Positions 18,749-27,479 of a stretch of 64,000 nucleotides of DNA are shown one piece after another (positions within the stretch are counted from its first letter, which is position 1; each line of letters begins with the position of its first letter). The notes under the pieces were generated by a model that was not told the origin of the DNA, searched no databases, and saw only the letters and a program-made list of their open reading frames with translations. The stretch comes from Acidimicrobiales bacterium (GTDB taxonomy: Bacteria > Actinomycetota > Acidimicrobiia > Acidimicrobiales > VFJN01). The stretch covers positions 4,484 through 68,483 of the forward strand of contig DASSDL010000224.1 of the NCBI GenBank assembly GCA_035697145.1, given 5' to 3'. Made by a program: the position numbers and the translations under genes.

Positions 18749-19318
18749 ATGGCGCTGACGTTGGGCGGCACGACGTTCGACCTGCGGTGGCGGGCCCTCG
18801 TGGCGGCGGTGGTCGCTACGCCGCGGTTCGGACGGGAGAGCGAGGTGCTCGCGACGGTCCGGGCCGCCGGCCAGGCGGGTGCCGACATCGCCGTCACGTC
18901 GCTGCCGTCGCGGCTCGTCGGTCCCGCGACCCGCGTCGGCGGCGTGCCAATCGCAGCCAAGGTGTCATCGCTCGACGCGGTGAAGGCGGCCTCGGACGTC
19001 GGTGCCGCCCTGGTCTTGGTGCCGGTCGATCTCGTCGGCGCTGCCGCCGACGCTGGCGCGCCCGTGGCGCTGCTGGTCGACGACGTCGGCGATATCGCTC
19101 GCGCCCGGTCGGTGGTCGGGAATCGTCCCGTGCCGTTGGCCATCGATACCTCGGCGATCACGTCGCGTGAGGAGGCGTTGGCGGTCGAGTCCGTCGCCAT
19201 CCCCTTGGGGTGCCGGCTGCTGTGCACCAACGACGTTCGGCGCACCCGCCGGGTGGTCGAAACCGTCGCGGCACTGCTGGCGGCGCAGCGCGGGGGGACG
19301 CGGGTGGGTCGGCCGTGA
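18749..19318 (+). CDS. degenerate dihydropteroate-synthase-like (pterin-binding fold) protein
   Basis: High GC3. The N-terminus (TFDLRWRALVAAVV) and C-terminus (AIPLGCRLLCTNDVRRTRRVVETVAALL) echo the DHPS ends (..ILNVTPDSF.. / ..G..I.RVHDV..). No intact substrate motifs were recognised. Its stop forms GTGA with the holA start. Confidence 0.4.
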   Translation: MALTLGGTTFDLRWRALVAAVVATPRFGRESEVLATVRAAGQAGADIAVTSLPSRLVGPATRVGGVPIAAKVSSLDAVKAASDVGAALVLVPVDLVGAAADAGAPVALLVDDVGDIARARSVVGNRPVPLAIDTSAITSREEALAVESVAIPLGCRLLCTNDVRRTRRVVETVAALLAAQRGGTRVGRP

Positions 19319-20319
19319 CGGCCGTTCGCTCGGACGCGCCGGTGTACCTGGTCCGGGGCGACGACGACGTGATCCTGCGGGACGCCGCCCGCGAGCTGAT
19401 CCACCGCCTTCTCGGCGACGTGGAGGCCGGCCTCGCCGTGGACGAGATCGGCCGTGAGCGGTTCCAGCCCACCGACGGATCCGAGCCCACCATCGCCCCT
19501 TTGGTGCAGGCGGCTCAGACCCCGCCGTTCCTGACCGACCGCCGGGTGGTCGTGGGACGCGACCTCGATATCTTCACCCGGGCGGAGCAGGTGGCACCCC
19601 TGGTCGCCTACCTCGAGGATCCGCTGCCGACGACGTCGCTGGTGCTGGTGTGGCCGCAGGGTCGCGTCCCCCGCTCGCTCACCGACGCGGTCAAGACGTA
19701 CGGAGGCGAGCAGGTCGACACCAGCCCGGGCCGCAAGGTCGCAGCATGGGTCGACGAGCAGCTACGCGACGCTCGACTGCAGCTCGACCGGCCGGGCACG
19801 GATCGGCTCGTGGGCTGGCTGGGCGATGATCCGCAGCGGCTGGTCGGGCTGATCGGCACGCTGGTGGGGGCGTTCGGGGCGGGCGCCCGGCTCGGGGTCG
19901 AGGACATCGAGCCGTTCCTCGGCGAGGGCGGGGGTGTCCCCCCGTGGGAGCTCACCGATGCCATGGATCGAGGCGACATCGCCACCGCGCTCGCCAAGCT
20001 GCGGCGCATGCTGGACGGCGGCGGCCGCCACCCCCTGGTGGTGATGGCCACGCTGCATGGCCACTACGCCCGCATGCTGCAGCTCGACGGGGCTGCGGTG
20101 GCGGGCGAGAAGGACGCGGCGCAGCTTCTCGGCCTCAGGGGATCGACCTTTCCGGCCCGCAAGGCGATGCAACAGGCGCGCCGGCTGGGCCACGATCGCA
20201 TCGTGGACGCCATCTCGTTGCTGGCTGCCGCCGACCTCGACCTACGCGGCGCCAAGGCCTGGCCCGAGGACCTAGTGCTCGAGGTCCTGGTCGCCCGTCT
20301 CGCCCGCTTGTCGCGCTGA
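19315..20319 (+). CDS. holA: DNA polymerase III delta subunit
   Basis: GTG 19315. [20 protein letters not shown]..., [37 protein letters not shown]. comEC-holA-rpsT-lepA synteny. Confidence 0.8.
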   Translation: MTAVRSDAPVYLVRGDDDVILRDAARELIHRLLGDVEAGLAVDEIGRERFQPTDGSEPTIAPLVQAAQTPPFLTDRRVVVGRDLDIFTRAEQVAPLVAYLEDPLPTTSLVLVWPQGRVPRSLTDAVKTYGGEQVDTSPGRKVAAWVDEQLRDARLQLDRPGTDRLVGWLGDDPQRLVGLIGTLVGAFGAGARLGVEDIEPFLGEGGGVPPWELTDAMDRGDIATALAKLRRMLDGGGRHPLVVMATLHGHYARMLQLDGAAVAGEKDAAQLLGLRGSTFPARKAMQQARRLGHDRIVDAISLLAAADLDLRGAKAWPEDLVLEVLVARLARLSR

Positions 20320-20322
20320 GTT

Positions 20323-20351
20323 TCGGTTCGCAACCGGAGGTTGCGAACCGA
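20323..20351 (+). terminator. holA terminator hairpin
   Basis: TCGGTTCGCAACC (20323-20335) - GGA - GGTTGCGAACCGA (20339-20351): 13-bp perfect stem followed by GTTATT. Three further GC hairpins follow before the rpsT stop. Confidence 0.6.
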
Positions 20352-20474
20352 GTTATTGGCCGCCGCCTGGCGGCGGCGTCGACCTCCGGTCGCTCGACCG
20401 GCAAAGCACGGATCGAGCGACGGTGGGGCGCTCCGGCGGAAGCCTCCGCCCCCCACACCCCCCGCCCCGCGGTG

Positions 20475-20753
20475 TCAGTCCTCGGCCGGTTCGGCGGATG
20501 CTTCGTTGACCCGGGCGTGGAGGCGGGCCTTGCGGCGCGCCGCCTGGTTCTGGTGGATCACGCCCCTGGCCGCCGCCGTGTCGATGCGCTTGATGGCCTC
20601 GCGCAGCTTGGCGTCGGCGTCGTCTTCGCCGGCCTCGGCGGCGGCTACGGCCGCCTTCGCACGGGTCTTGAGCTCGGAGCGCACGGCCTTGTTGCGCTCG
20701 TGGCGCACGAGGTTCTGGCGGTTGCGCTTGATCTGGCTCTTGATGTTCGCCAC
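20475..20753 (-). CDS. rpsT: 30S ribosomal protein S20
   Basis: [30 protein letters not shown]... Confidence 0.95.
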   Translation of the reverse strand: MANIKSQIKRNRQNLVRHERNKAVRSELKTRAKAAVAAAEAGEDDADAKLREAIKRIDTAAARGVIHQNQAARRKARLHARVNEASAEPAED

Positions 20754-20864
20754 GGGCGGACCTGCTCCCTTGCTCCAAATAGCCGGGACAGGCTAGCGGC
20801 GCCGCCGGTGGATTGTCACACCGAGGGCCCCGTACGGCGCACCGCTAGCATTCGACGGCCCCCT

Positions 20865-22649
20865 ATGGACCGCTCGCGCATCCGCAACGTCTCGGTCATC
20901 GCCCACATCGACCACGGCAAGTCGACGCTGGCCGACCGCCTGCTGGAGCTCAGTGGTGCCGTCGACCCGCGCGACATGCGTGACCAGTACCTGGATTCGA
21001 TGGAGCTGGAGCGGGAGCGGGGCATCACCATCAAGCTCCAGTCGGTGCGGCTCGGCTACCGCGACTACGTGATCGATCTGATCGACACGCCGGGCCACGT
21101 CGACTTCGGCTACGAGGTGTCACGGTCGCTGGCGGCCTGTGAGGGCGTGATCCTGCTCGTCGACGCCGCTCAGGGAATCGAGGCGCAAACCCTGGCCAAC
21201 TCCTACCAGGCGCTCGAGCACGACCTCGAGATCGTCGCCGCCCTCAACAAGATCGACCTGCCGGCCGCCGACCCCGACCGCTACGCCGTCGAGATCGAGA
21301 AGGTGCTGGGCATTCCGGCCGACGAGATCCTGCGCATCAGCGCCAAGACCGGCGAGGGGGTGCCCGAGTTGCTAGATGCCGTCATCGAGCGGGTGCCGCC
21401 GCCCGTCGGCGATCCCGACGCACCACTGCAGGCCCTCATCTTCGACTCCCACTACGACGCCTACCGGGGTGTCGTCTCGTCGGTACGGGTGGTCAACGGC
21501 ACCCTCAAGACCGGCAGCCGGCTGCGGCTCATGCAGGCGGGTGCGGTCCACGACGCCGACGAGGTCGGCGTCCGCACGCCGGCCAACATGCCGGTGGCCG
21601 CGCTGGGCCCCGGCGAGACCGGCTACCTCATCGCGGGCATCAAGGACGTGGCCGAGGCCCGCTCGGGGGAGACGGTCACCGAGACGGTCCGCCCCGCGGC
21701 GGCGCCGCTGGCCGGCTACCGCGACCCCAAGCCCATGGTGTTCTGCGGGCTCTACCCCATCGACGGCGACCAGTTCTCCGATCTGCGGGATTCGCTGGAG
21801 AAGCTGCGCCTCAACGACGCCAGCTTCACCTACGAGCCCGAGACGTCGGGGGCGTTGGGCTTCGGCTTCCGCTGCGGGTTCCTGGGCCTGCTGCACATGG
21901 AGATCGTCCGGGAGCGCCTGGAGCGCGAGTTCGACCTCAGCCTCATCGCCACGGCTCCCTCGGTCGCGTATCGGGTGCACCGAACCGATGGCATGGTCGT
22001 CGAGGTCGACAACCCGTCCGCCATGCCCCCGGCACCGGAGATCGATCACATCGAGGAGCCATTCCTCAGCTGCACGATCCTCACGCCCACGGACTACACC
22101 GGCACGGTCATGGAGCTGTGTCAGCAGCGCCGGGGGGAGCTCTCCAAGCTCGAGTACCTCTCACCCGAGCGCATCGACTTGATCTACCGGCTGCCGCTCG
22201 CCGAGGTGGTGCGCGACTTCTTCGACCAGCTCAAGTCACGCACGCAGGGCTACGCCAGCCTGGACTACGAGCCCGCCGGCTACGACCGGTCCGACGTGGT
22301 CCGTGTCGACGTGCTGCTCAACGGGGTCGCGGCCGACGCGTTCAGCGCCATCGTCCACAAGGACAAGGCCTACGACTATGGCCGTCGCATGGCCGAGAGG
22401 CTGAGGGAGCTGATCCCCCGCCAGCTCTTCGACGTACCCATCCAGGCCACCATCGGCGGACGGATCATCTCCCGGGAGACCGTCAAGGCGAAGCGCAAGG
22501 ACGTGCTCGCCAAGTGTTACGGCGGTGACATCACCCGCAAGCGCAAGTTGCTGGAGCGGCAGAAGGAGGGCAAGAAGCGGATGAAGTCCATCGGCCGCGT
22601 CGAGGTGCCGCAAGAGGCGTTCATCAGCGCGTTGAAGCTGGACGCATAG
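20865..22649 (+). CDS. lepA: translation elongation factor 4
   Basis: [41 protein letters not shown]-terminal LepA domain. ATG 20865 lies inside the longer ORF that opens at 19944. Confidence 0.97.
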   Translation: MDRSRIRNVSVIAHIDHGKSTLADRLLELSGAVDPRDMRDQYLDSMELERERGITIKLQSVRLGYRDYVIDLIDTPGHVDFGYEVSRSLAACEGVILLVDAAQGIEAQTLANSYQALEHDLEIVAALNKIDLPAADPDRYAVEIEKVLGIPADEILRISAKTGEGVPELLDAVIERVPPPVGDPDAPLQALIFDSHYDAYRGVVSSVRVVNGTLKTGSRLRLMQAGAVHDADEVGVRTPANMPVAALGPGETGYLIAGIKDVAEARSGETVTETVRPAAAPLAGYRDPKPMVFCGLYPIDGDQFSDLRDSLEKLRLNDASFTYEPETSGALGFGFRCGFLGLLHMEIVRERLEREFDLSLIATAPSVAYRVHRTDGMVVEVDNPSAMPPAPEIDHIEEPFLSCTILTPTDYTGTVMELCQQRRGELSKLEYLSPERIDLIYRLPLAEVVRDFFDQLKSRTQGYASLDYEPAGYDRSDVVRVDVLLNGVAADAFSAIVHKDKAYDYGRRMAERLRELIPRQLFDVPIQATIGGRIISRETVKAKRKDVLAKCYGGDITRKRKLLERQKEGKKRMKSIGRVEVPQEAFISALKLDA

Positions 22650-22664
22650 CTCGTTACCCGGGAG

Positions 22665-22691
22665 TTAGCACTCGGTACACTCGACTGCCAG
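22665..22691 (+). promoter_or_regulatory. CIRCE-like HrcA operator (left half perfect, right half degenerate)
   Basis: TTAGCACTC-GGTACACTC-GACTGCCAG compared with the consensus TTAGCACTC-N9-GAGTGCTAA: 9/9 + 6/9. It ends immediately before the hrcA ATG at 22692. Confidence 0.5.
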
Positions 22692-23693
22692 ATGTTGGAC
22701 GAGCGCAAAGCCGCGATCCTCCGAGCGGTCGTGGAGGAGTACATCGAGACCGGGCAGCCGGTCGGCTCGGGCCACGTCGCGCAGGCGCCCGGCGTGGACG
22801 TGTCCTCGGCCACGGTGCGCAACGAGATGGGGGCGCTGGAGACCGAAGGCTTCCTGCGCCAGCCTCACACCTCCGCCGGGAGGGTGCCGACCGAGAAGGG
22901 CTACCGCTTCTTCGTGGACCACCTGCGCCGGCCGGCCCGCCTGGCCACGAGCTCGGCCGAGGAGGTGCGGGCCTTCTTCGCCCGTGCCCACGGTGAGGTC
23001 GAGCAGATGCTCTCCGAGACCAGCAGGTTGCTGTCCGACCTCACCCACCTCACCAGCGTGGTCGTGGCCCCGGCCCCGGTCGAAACCACCGTCCGCTCGG
23101 TGCAGCTCGTCGGGCTCAGCGCCACGTCGGCGGTGCTGGTCGCCGTGTTGAGCGACGGCTCGGTCGAGAAGCACACCGTGGAACTGCCCCCCGGGGTCGG
23201 CGACGAGCGGGTGGCGGCGGCCAGCATGCATCTGACCGCTCATCTCTCCGGCGGCGCCCGCGAGCTCTTGCCCGCGATTCCCGCCACCGGCGACGCTCCC
23301 GTGGACTCGCTGATCGATCGGGCCCTCAGCGCCCTCGACAACCCACCCGCCGGTGACCCCGAGCGCATCTACGTCGGTGGCGCCGCCCGCATGGCCCAGG
23401 CGTTCGACGCGATCGAGACGGTACGCGAGGTCCTCGGCATCCTCGAGCAGCAGTACGTCGTCGTTTCGCTCATCCGCGACGTCATCGACCGTGGGCTGCA
23501 CGTCGCCATCGGCACCGAGACCGGGATGGCGCCCCTCGCCGAGTGCGCCCTGGTGGTGTCACCGTACGAGGTCGAGGGCGAGCGGGCGGGCACCATCGGC
23601 GTGCTGGGCCCCACCCGGATGAACTACCCCCAGGCGTTGGCCGCCGTTGCCGTTGTGGGCCATCGTCTTTCCGATCGCCTCACCGAGGGTTAG
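22692..23693 (+). CDS. hrcA: heat-inducible transcription repressor HrcA
   Basis: MLDERKAAILRAVVEEYIETGQPVGS...SSATVRNEMGALETEGFL. Confidence 0.95.
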   Translation: MLDERKAAILRAVVEEYIETGQPVGSGHVAQAPGVDVSSATVRNEMGALETEGFLRQPHTSAGRVPTEKGYRFFVDHLRRPARLATSSAEEVRAFFARAHGEVEQMLSETSRLLSDLTHLTSVVVAPAPVETTVRSVQLVGLSATSAVLVAVLSDGSVEKHTVELPPGVGDERVAAASMHLTAHLSGGARELLPAIPATGDAPVDSLIDRALSALDNPPAGDPERIYVGGAARMAQAFDAIETVREVLGILEQQYVVVSLIRDVIDRGLHVAIGTETGMAPLAECALVVSPYEVEGERAGTIGVLGPTRMNYPQALAAVAVVGHRLSDRLTEG

Positions 23694-23699
23694 CCGCCG

Positions 23700-24821
23700 T
23701 TGCCGACCGACTACTACGAGCTGCTCGGTGTCTCCCGGGACGCCAGCCAGGACGAGATCAAGCGCGCCTACCGGCGACTTGCCCGCCAGCTCCACCCCGA
23801 TACGGGCCACGGCGACGCCGGGTCCGAGGCACGGTTCAAAGAGGTCGTCCGCGCCTACGAGGTGTTGTCCGACCCCGAGAAGCGCCAGCGCTACGACGCC
23901 TACGGGCCCGCCGGCGTGGAGGGCCCCACGGTCGGCGCCGATCCCTTCGGGTTCGGCGGTGGCATCGGAGACGTGTTCGAGGCGTTCTTCGGGTCGAGCC
24001 CGTTCGGGGGCCGGCGGCGCGGCCCCGCCGGACCGCCCCGGGGTGAAGACCTCGAGCAGGTGGTCGAGCTCGAGTTCGAGGAGGCGGTCTTCGGATCGCA
24101 GCATCCCGTCACCGTCAAGACCGCCGTGCCCTGCGATGCCTGCGACGCCACAGGCGCCGCCGATGGCACCCAGCCCGTGACTTGCCACGAATGCGGAGGC
24201 ACCGGCCAGGTGCAGCGCGTCCGTCAGTCGTTCATCGGACAGATGGTGACGTCTTCCCCCTGCGCCCGCTGCGGCGGGTCGGGTCAGATCATCCCCAATC
24301 CCTGCCTGGTGTGCCGGGGTGAGGGCCGCCGCATCCAGGAGCGCACCTACACGGTCGACATCGTGGCCGGCGTCGACGACGGTTCGACGTTGCGGCTGGC
24401 CGGTCGCGGCGCCGTCGGCCCTCGGGGTGGCGCCGCCGGCGACCTGTACGTGCACGTGCGGATGAAGCCCCATCCCCGCTTCGAGCGCCAAGGCACGGAC
24501 CTGGCAACGGTGCTGACCTTGCCCTACACGCAGGCCGCACTGGGGGCGACGATCACGTTCGAGACGCTCGAGGGCCCCGAGGAGCTGGAGATCCCCCGCG
24601 GCACGGCGTCGGGCACCACGTTCCGCCTGCGCGGCCGCGGCGTTCCCCACATCGAGCGGCGGGCGCGGGGCGACCTGCTGATCGACGTCGTGGTCGACGT
24701 GCCCACCGAGCTGAGCGAGGAGGAGGAAGAGGTCATCCGCCAGCTCGCCGAGCTGCGGGGTGACGACGTCGCCCCTCCGCCGACCGGCTTGCTGTCCAAG
24801 CTCCGGTCCGCGTTCAAGTAG
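23700..24821 (+). CDS. dnaJ: molecular chaperone DnaJ
   Basis: TTG start. DYYELLGVSRDASQDEIKRAYRRLARQLHPD (J domain), G/F region, four CxxCxG zinc-finger repeats. Confidence 0.95.
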   Translation: MPTDYYELLGVSRDASQDEIKRAYRRLARQLHPDTGHGDAGSEARFKEVVRAYEVLSDPEKRQRYDAYGPAGVEGPTVGADPFGFGGGIGDVFEAFFGSSPFGGRRRGPAGPPRGEDLEQVVELEFEEAVFGSQHPVTVKTAVPCDACDATGAADGTQPVTCHECGGTGQVQRVRQSFIGQMVTSSPCARCGGSGQIIPNPCLVCRGEGRRIQERTYTVDIVAGVDDGSTLRLAGRGAVGPRGGAAGDLYVHVRMKPHPRFERQGTDLATVLTLPYTQAALGATITFETLEGPEELEIPRGTASGTTFRLRGRGVPHIERRARGDLLIDVVVDVPTELSEEEEEVIRQLAELRGDDVAPPPTGLLSKLRSAFK

Positions 24822-24829
24822 CCGCGCGC

Positions 24830-25579
24830 ATGGCTAGCAGGGCCGGTGGCTCCGGCAGCGGCCAGGTCACACCGGTCACCGCCCGGGCCCATGTGTTCGT
24901 TGCCGACCTGGACGCGCCGGTCCTCGACAGCCGTGACCACCACCACCTCGTGCGGGTACTACGGCTGGCGCCCGGGAGCGACGTCACGGCCGGGGACGGA
25001 GCCGGGGTTTGGAGGCCCTGTCGGCTCACCGACGGACCGATCCTCGAGATTGCCGGACCGTCCGTCGGCGAACCACGACCGGAGCCACCGATCACCGTGG
25101 CGTTCGCCCTTGTGAAGGGCGAGCGCCCGGAGCTTGCGGTGCAGAAGCTGACCGAGCTGGGCGTCGATCGCATAGCGCCGTTCGTGGCGGGGCGGTCGGT
25201 CGTGTGGTGGGAGGCCGCCCGCGCCGATCGCCAGGTCGAGCGGTGGCGGGCGATCGCCCGCCAGGCTGCGATGCAGTGCAGGCGCACGTGGCTGCCCGAG
25301 GTGGCGCCGGTGGCCACCTTCGACTCGGTGGCGGCGCTGCCGGGTGCAGTCCTCGCCGATGCCGCCGGAGCACCGCCGTCGCTCGACCGGCCGGTCGTGC
25401 TCGTGGGTCCCGAGGGAGGGTGGACGCCCGAAGAACGGGTATCGGGCCTGCCGACCGTCCGCTTGGGAGCCCACGTGTTGCGGGCGGAGACGGCAGCCAT
25501 CACTGCGGGCGCGGTCCTCACTGCCTTACGAGCTGGCATTCTTGCGGACACGCGCCGATCTGGTCACATAGTGCGGTGA
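24830..25579 (+). CDS. rsmE: 16S rRNA (uracil1498-N3)-methyltransferase
   Basis: AHVFVADLD...HHLVRVLRL (PUA-like N-terminus), LVKGERPELAVQKLTELGVDRI, VLVGPEGGWTPEE, LRAETAAI. Confidence 0.85.
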   Translation: MASRAGGSGSGQVTPVTARAHVFVADLDAPVLDSRDHHHLVRVLRLAPGSDVTAGDGAGVWRPCRLTDGPILEIAGPSVGEPRPEPPITVAFALVKGERPELAVQKLTELGVDRIAPFVAGRSVVWWEAARADRQVERWRAIARQAAMQCRRTWLPEVAPVATFDSVAALPGAVLADAAGAPPSLDRPVVLVGPEGGWTPEERVSGLPTVRLGAHVLRAETAAITAGAVLTALRAGILADTRRSGHIVR

Positions 25580-25751
25580 GCTGAGGGTCCGCTGTCATAT
25601 CGGTCACGAATCGCGGGTACGCCTGGACGCGCAGTGATTGTCACAGGCCGATCACGGTGCCTTAGAGTTAGCCCCCGCCTGGACCGCGTGAGTATCGAGA
25701 ACTGGCGCGGTTGCCGTCCCGCTGGGGGACGGCATCCAAGGGGAGGAACAT

Positions 25752-26300
25752 ATGGATAGCGACCTCGAGGTTGAACGCGAGAGCGGCTACGCCATCAAAG
25801 TGGGCGCCCGGCTTCGTTCGATCCGGCGCCAGAAGCACCTCTCGCTCCAAGACGTCGAGGCGGCATCGGAGCACGAGTTCAAGGCGTCGGTCCTGGGAGC
25901 CTACGAGCGCGGCGAGAGGGCGATCTCCGTCCCTCGGTTGCAACGACTCGCCCGCTTCTACAGGGTGCCGGTCGACCAGATGCTGCCCAGCGACGAGGAG
26001 TTGGGTGGGCGGTCGAACAATGACGACGAGCAGATCGTCGACCTGCGTTCCCTGCGCGCCAGCCGTCGCGACGATCGTCCCGTCACCATCGACCTCGGTG
26101 CCGTCGAGCAGCTCGGGGGGCAGGAGGGCGAGATGCTCGCCCGCTACCTCCGCATGATCCAAGTGCAGCGGGGCGACTACAACGGCCGGATGCTCACCAT
26201 CCGGCGGGAGGACCTGCGCGCGGTCGCCTGCATCCTCGACTGCCATCCCGAGCAGGTGCCGGCCCGGCTCGACAGCTTGGGCCTGTGCCTGGTCCGCTGA
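25752..26300 (+). CDS. bldD: BldD-family developmental/c-di-GMP-responsive transcriptional regulator
   Basis: XRE HTH: VGARLRSIRRQKHLSLQDVEAASEHEFKASVLGAYERGERAISVPRLQRLARFYRVPVDQMLP. The C-domain MIQVQRGDYNGRMLTIRREDLRAVACILD closely parallels Streptomyces BldD (..IQSQRGDYNGKVLSIRQDDLRTLAVIYD..). RGD-X8-RRED matches RXD-X8-RXXD. Confidence 0.8.
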   Translation: MDSDLEVERESGYAIKVGARLRSIRRQKHLSLQDVEAASEHEFKASVLGAYERGERAISVPRLQRLARFYRVPVDQMLPSDEELGGRSNNDDEQIVDLRSLRASRRDDRPVTIDLGAVEQLGGQEGEMLARYLRMIQVQRGDYNGRMLTIRREDLRAVACILDCHPEQVPARLDSLGLCLVR

Positions 26301-26415
26301 CCACCGCCTGAGCCGCTCGCGGGTGCAGACCGGCCGTTAGACAGGCGCTGGCACGGCCTGCTTCGCTCGCGACATCCGTTCCGACCGACTGACCCCATTT
26401 GGCGTCTACGTCCAC

Positions 26416-27447
26416 GTGCCGTTTTGCTCGGCTCGGTGTGACTACTGCGCCTTCGCAACCTGGACGGACCGGCACCACTTGCAGTCGGCGTACCTCGACG
26501 CCTGCCGGCACGACATCCAGCGCCAGGTGGCGGGCGGGATGCCGGCGGCCACCAGCGTGTTCGTCGGCGGTGGCACCCCCTCGCTCGTCGAGCCCCGGCA
26601 GCTGATGACGGTGCTCGACGCGGTGCCCCTGGCGCCCGGATGCGAGGTCACGGTCGAGTGCAATCCGGACACCGTGACGCCGGCGCTGATGGAGGTCTAC
26701 GCGCAGAGCGGTGTGAACCGGATCAGCCTCGGCGTCCAGTCGATGGTCGATCACGTCCTCAGATCACTCGGCCGGACGCACGACCCGGCCAACGTGAACC
26801 GGGCAGTCGCGGCGGTGCGCGCGGCGGGCATCTCCATGTTCAACCTCGACGTGATCTACGGCGCGGCGGGGGAGTCGCCCGACGACTGGCGACAGACGCT
26901 CGACGCGGTGCTGGCGTTCGATCCGCCGCACGTCAGCGCCTACGCCCTCACCGTCGAGCCGGGCACGCCACTGGCCGATGACCCGGGGCGGCACCCGGAC
27001 GACGACGACCAGGCGACGAAGTACCTGGCCGCTGCCGAAGCGCTGGAGGCGGCCGGGCTCTCGTGGTACGAGATCTCCAACTGGGCGCATCCCGGACACG
27101 AGTGCCGCCACAACCAGCTCTACTGGTCGATGGGCGAGTACCAGGCGTTCGGCTGCGCCGGGCACTCGCACCGCGGCGGACGGCGGTCCTGGAACGTGCA
27201 CACGCCCGAGCGCTACATCGCCGCCATCGCCGAGGGGCGCTCGCCCGAGGCGGCCGGGGAGCGGCTCGACGTCGGGGCTCGCCGGTTGGAGGCGCTGCAG
27301 CTGGCGGTGCGGACCCGGGCCGGGGTACCCGCCGCCACCCTGCCCGTCGACGAGTTGGACGACCTCGTCGCCCTGGACGGCGACCGCGCCATCCTGACCG
27401 TGCGGGGCCGGCTGCTCGCCAACGAGGTGGCGCTCCGCCTCCGGTGA
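26416..27447 (+). CDS. hemW: radical SAM heme chaperone HemW (HemN-like, oxygen-independent coproporphyrinogen oxidase family)
   Basis: PFCSARCDYCAF (CxxxCxxC), GGGTPS, HemN_C-like tail. GTG 26416 is the only canonical start, but the conserved FGVYVHVPFC begins upstream of it (see findings). Confidence 0.85.
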   Translation: MPFCSARCDYCAFATWTDRHHLQSAYLDACRHDIQRQVAGGMPAATSVFVGGGTPSLVEPRQLMTVLDAVPLAPGCEVTVECNPDTVTPALMEVYAQSGVNRISLGVQSMVDHVLRSLGRTHDPANVNRAVAAVRAAGISMFNLDVIYGAAGESPDDWRQTLDAVLAFDPPHVSAYALTVEPGTPLADDPGRHPDDDDQATKYLAAAEALEAAGLSWYEISNWAHPGHECRHNQLYWSMGEYQAFGCAGHSHRGGRRSWNVHTPERYIAAIAEGRSPEAAGERLDVGARRLEALQLAVRTRAGVPAATLPVDELDDLVALDGDRAILTVRGRLLANEVALRLR

Positions 27448-27479
27448 CACGGGCGGAGGCACTGCGAGACTCTCCTGTC

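Noticed and set aside
20420-20474. C-rich tract (CCGCCCCCCACACCCCCCGCCCC) as a 6C-type sRNA.
   Set aside because: The C-runs are not presented in two hairpin loops. The region is better explained as the rpsT/holA convergent terminator stack.
25633-25644. AGTGATTGTCAC as a canonical BldD box.
   Set aside because: The half-site orientation and spacing do not fit the TNAC-N5-GTNA consensus. It is reported only as a resemblance within the BldD finding.
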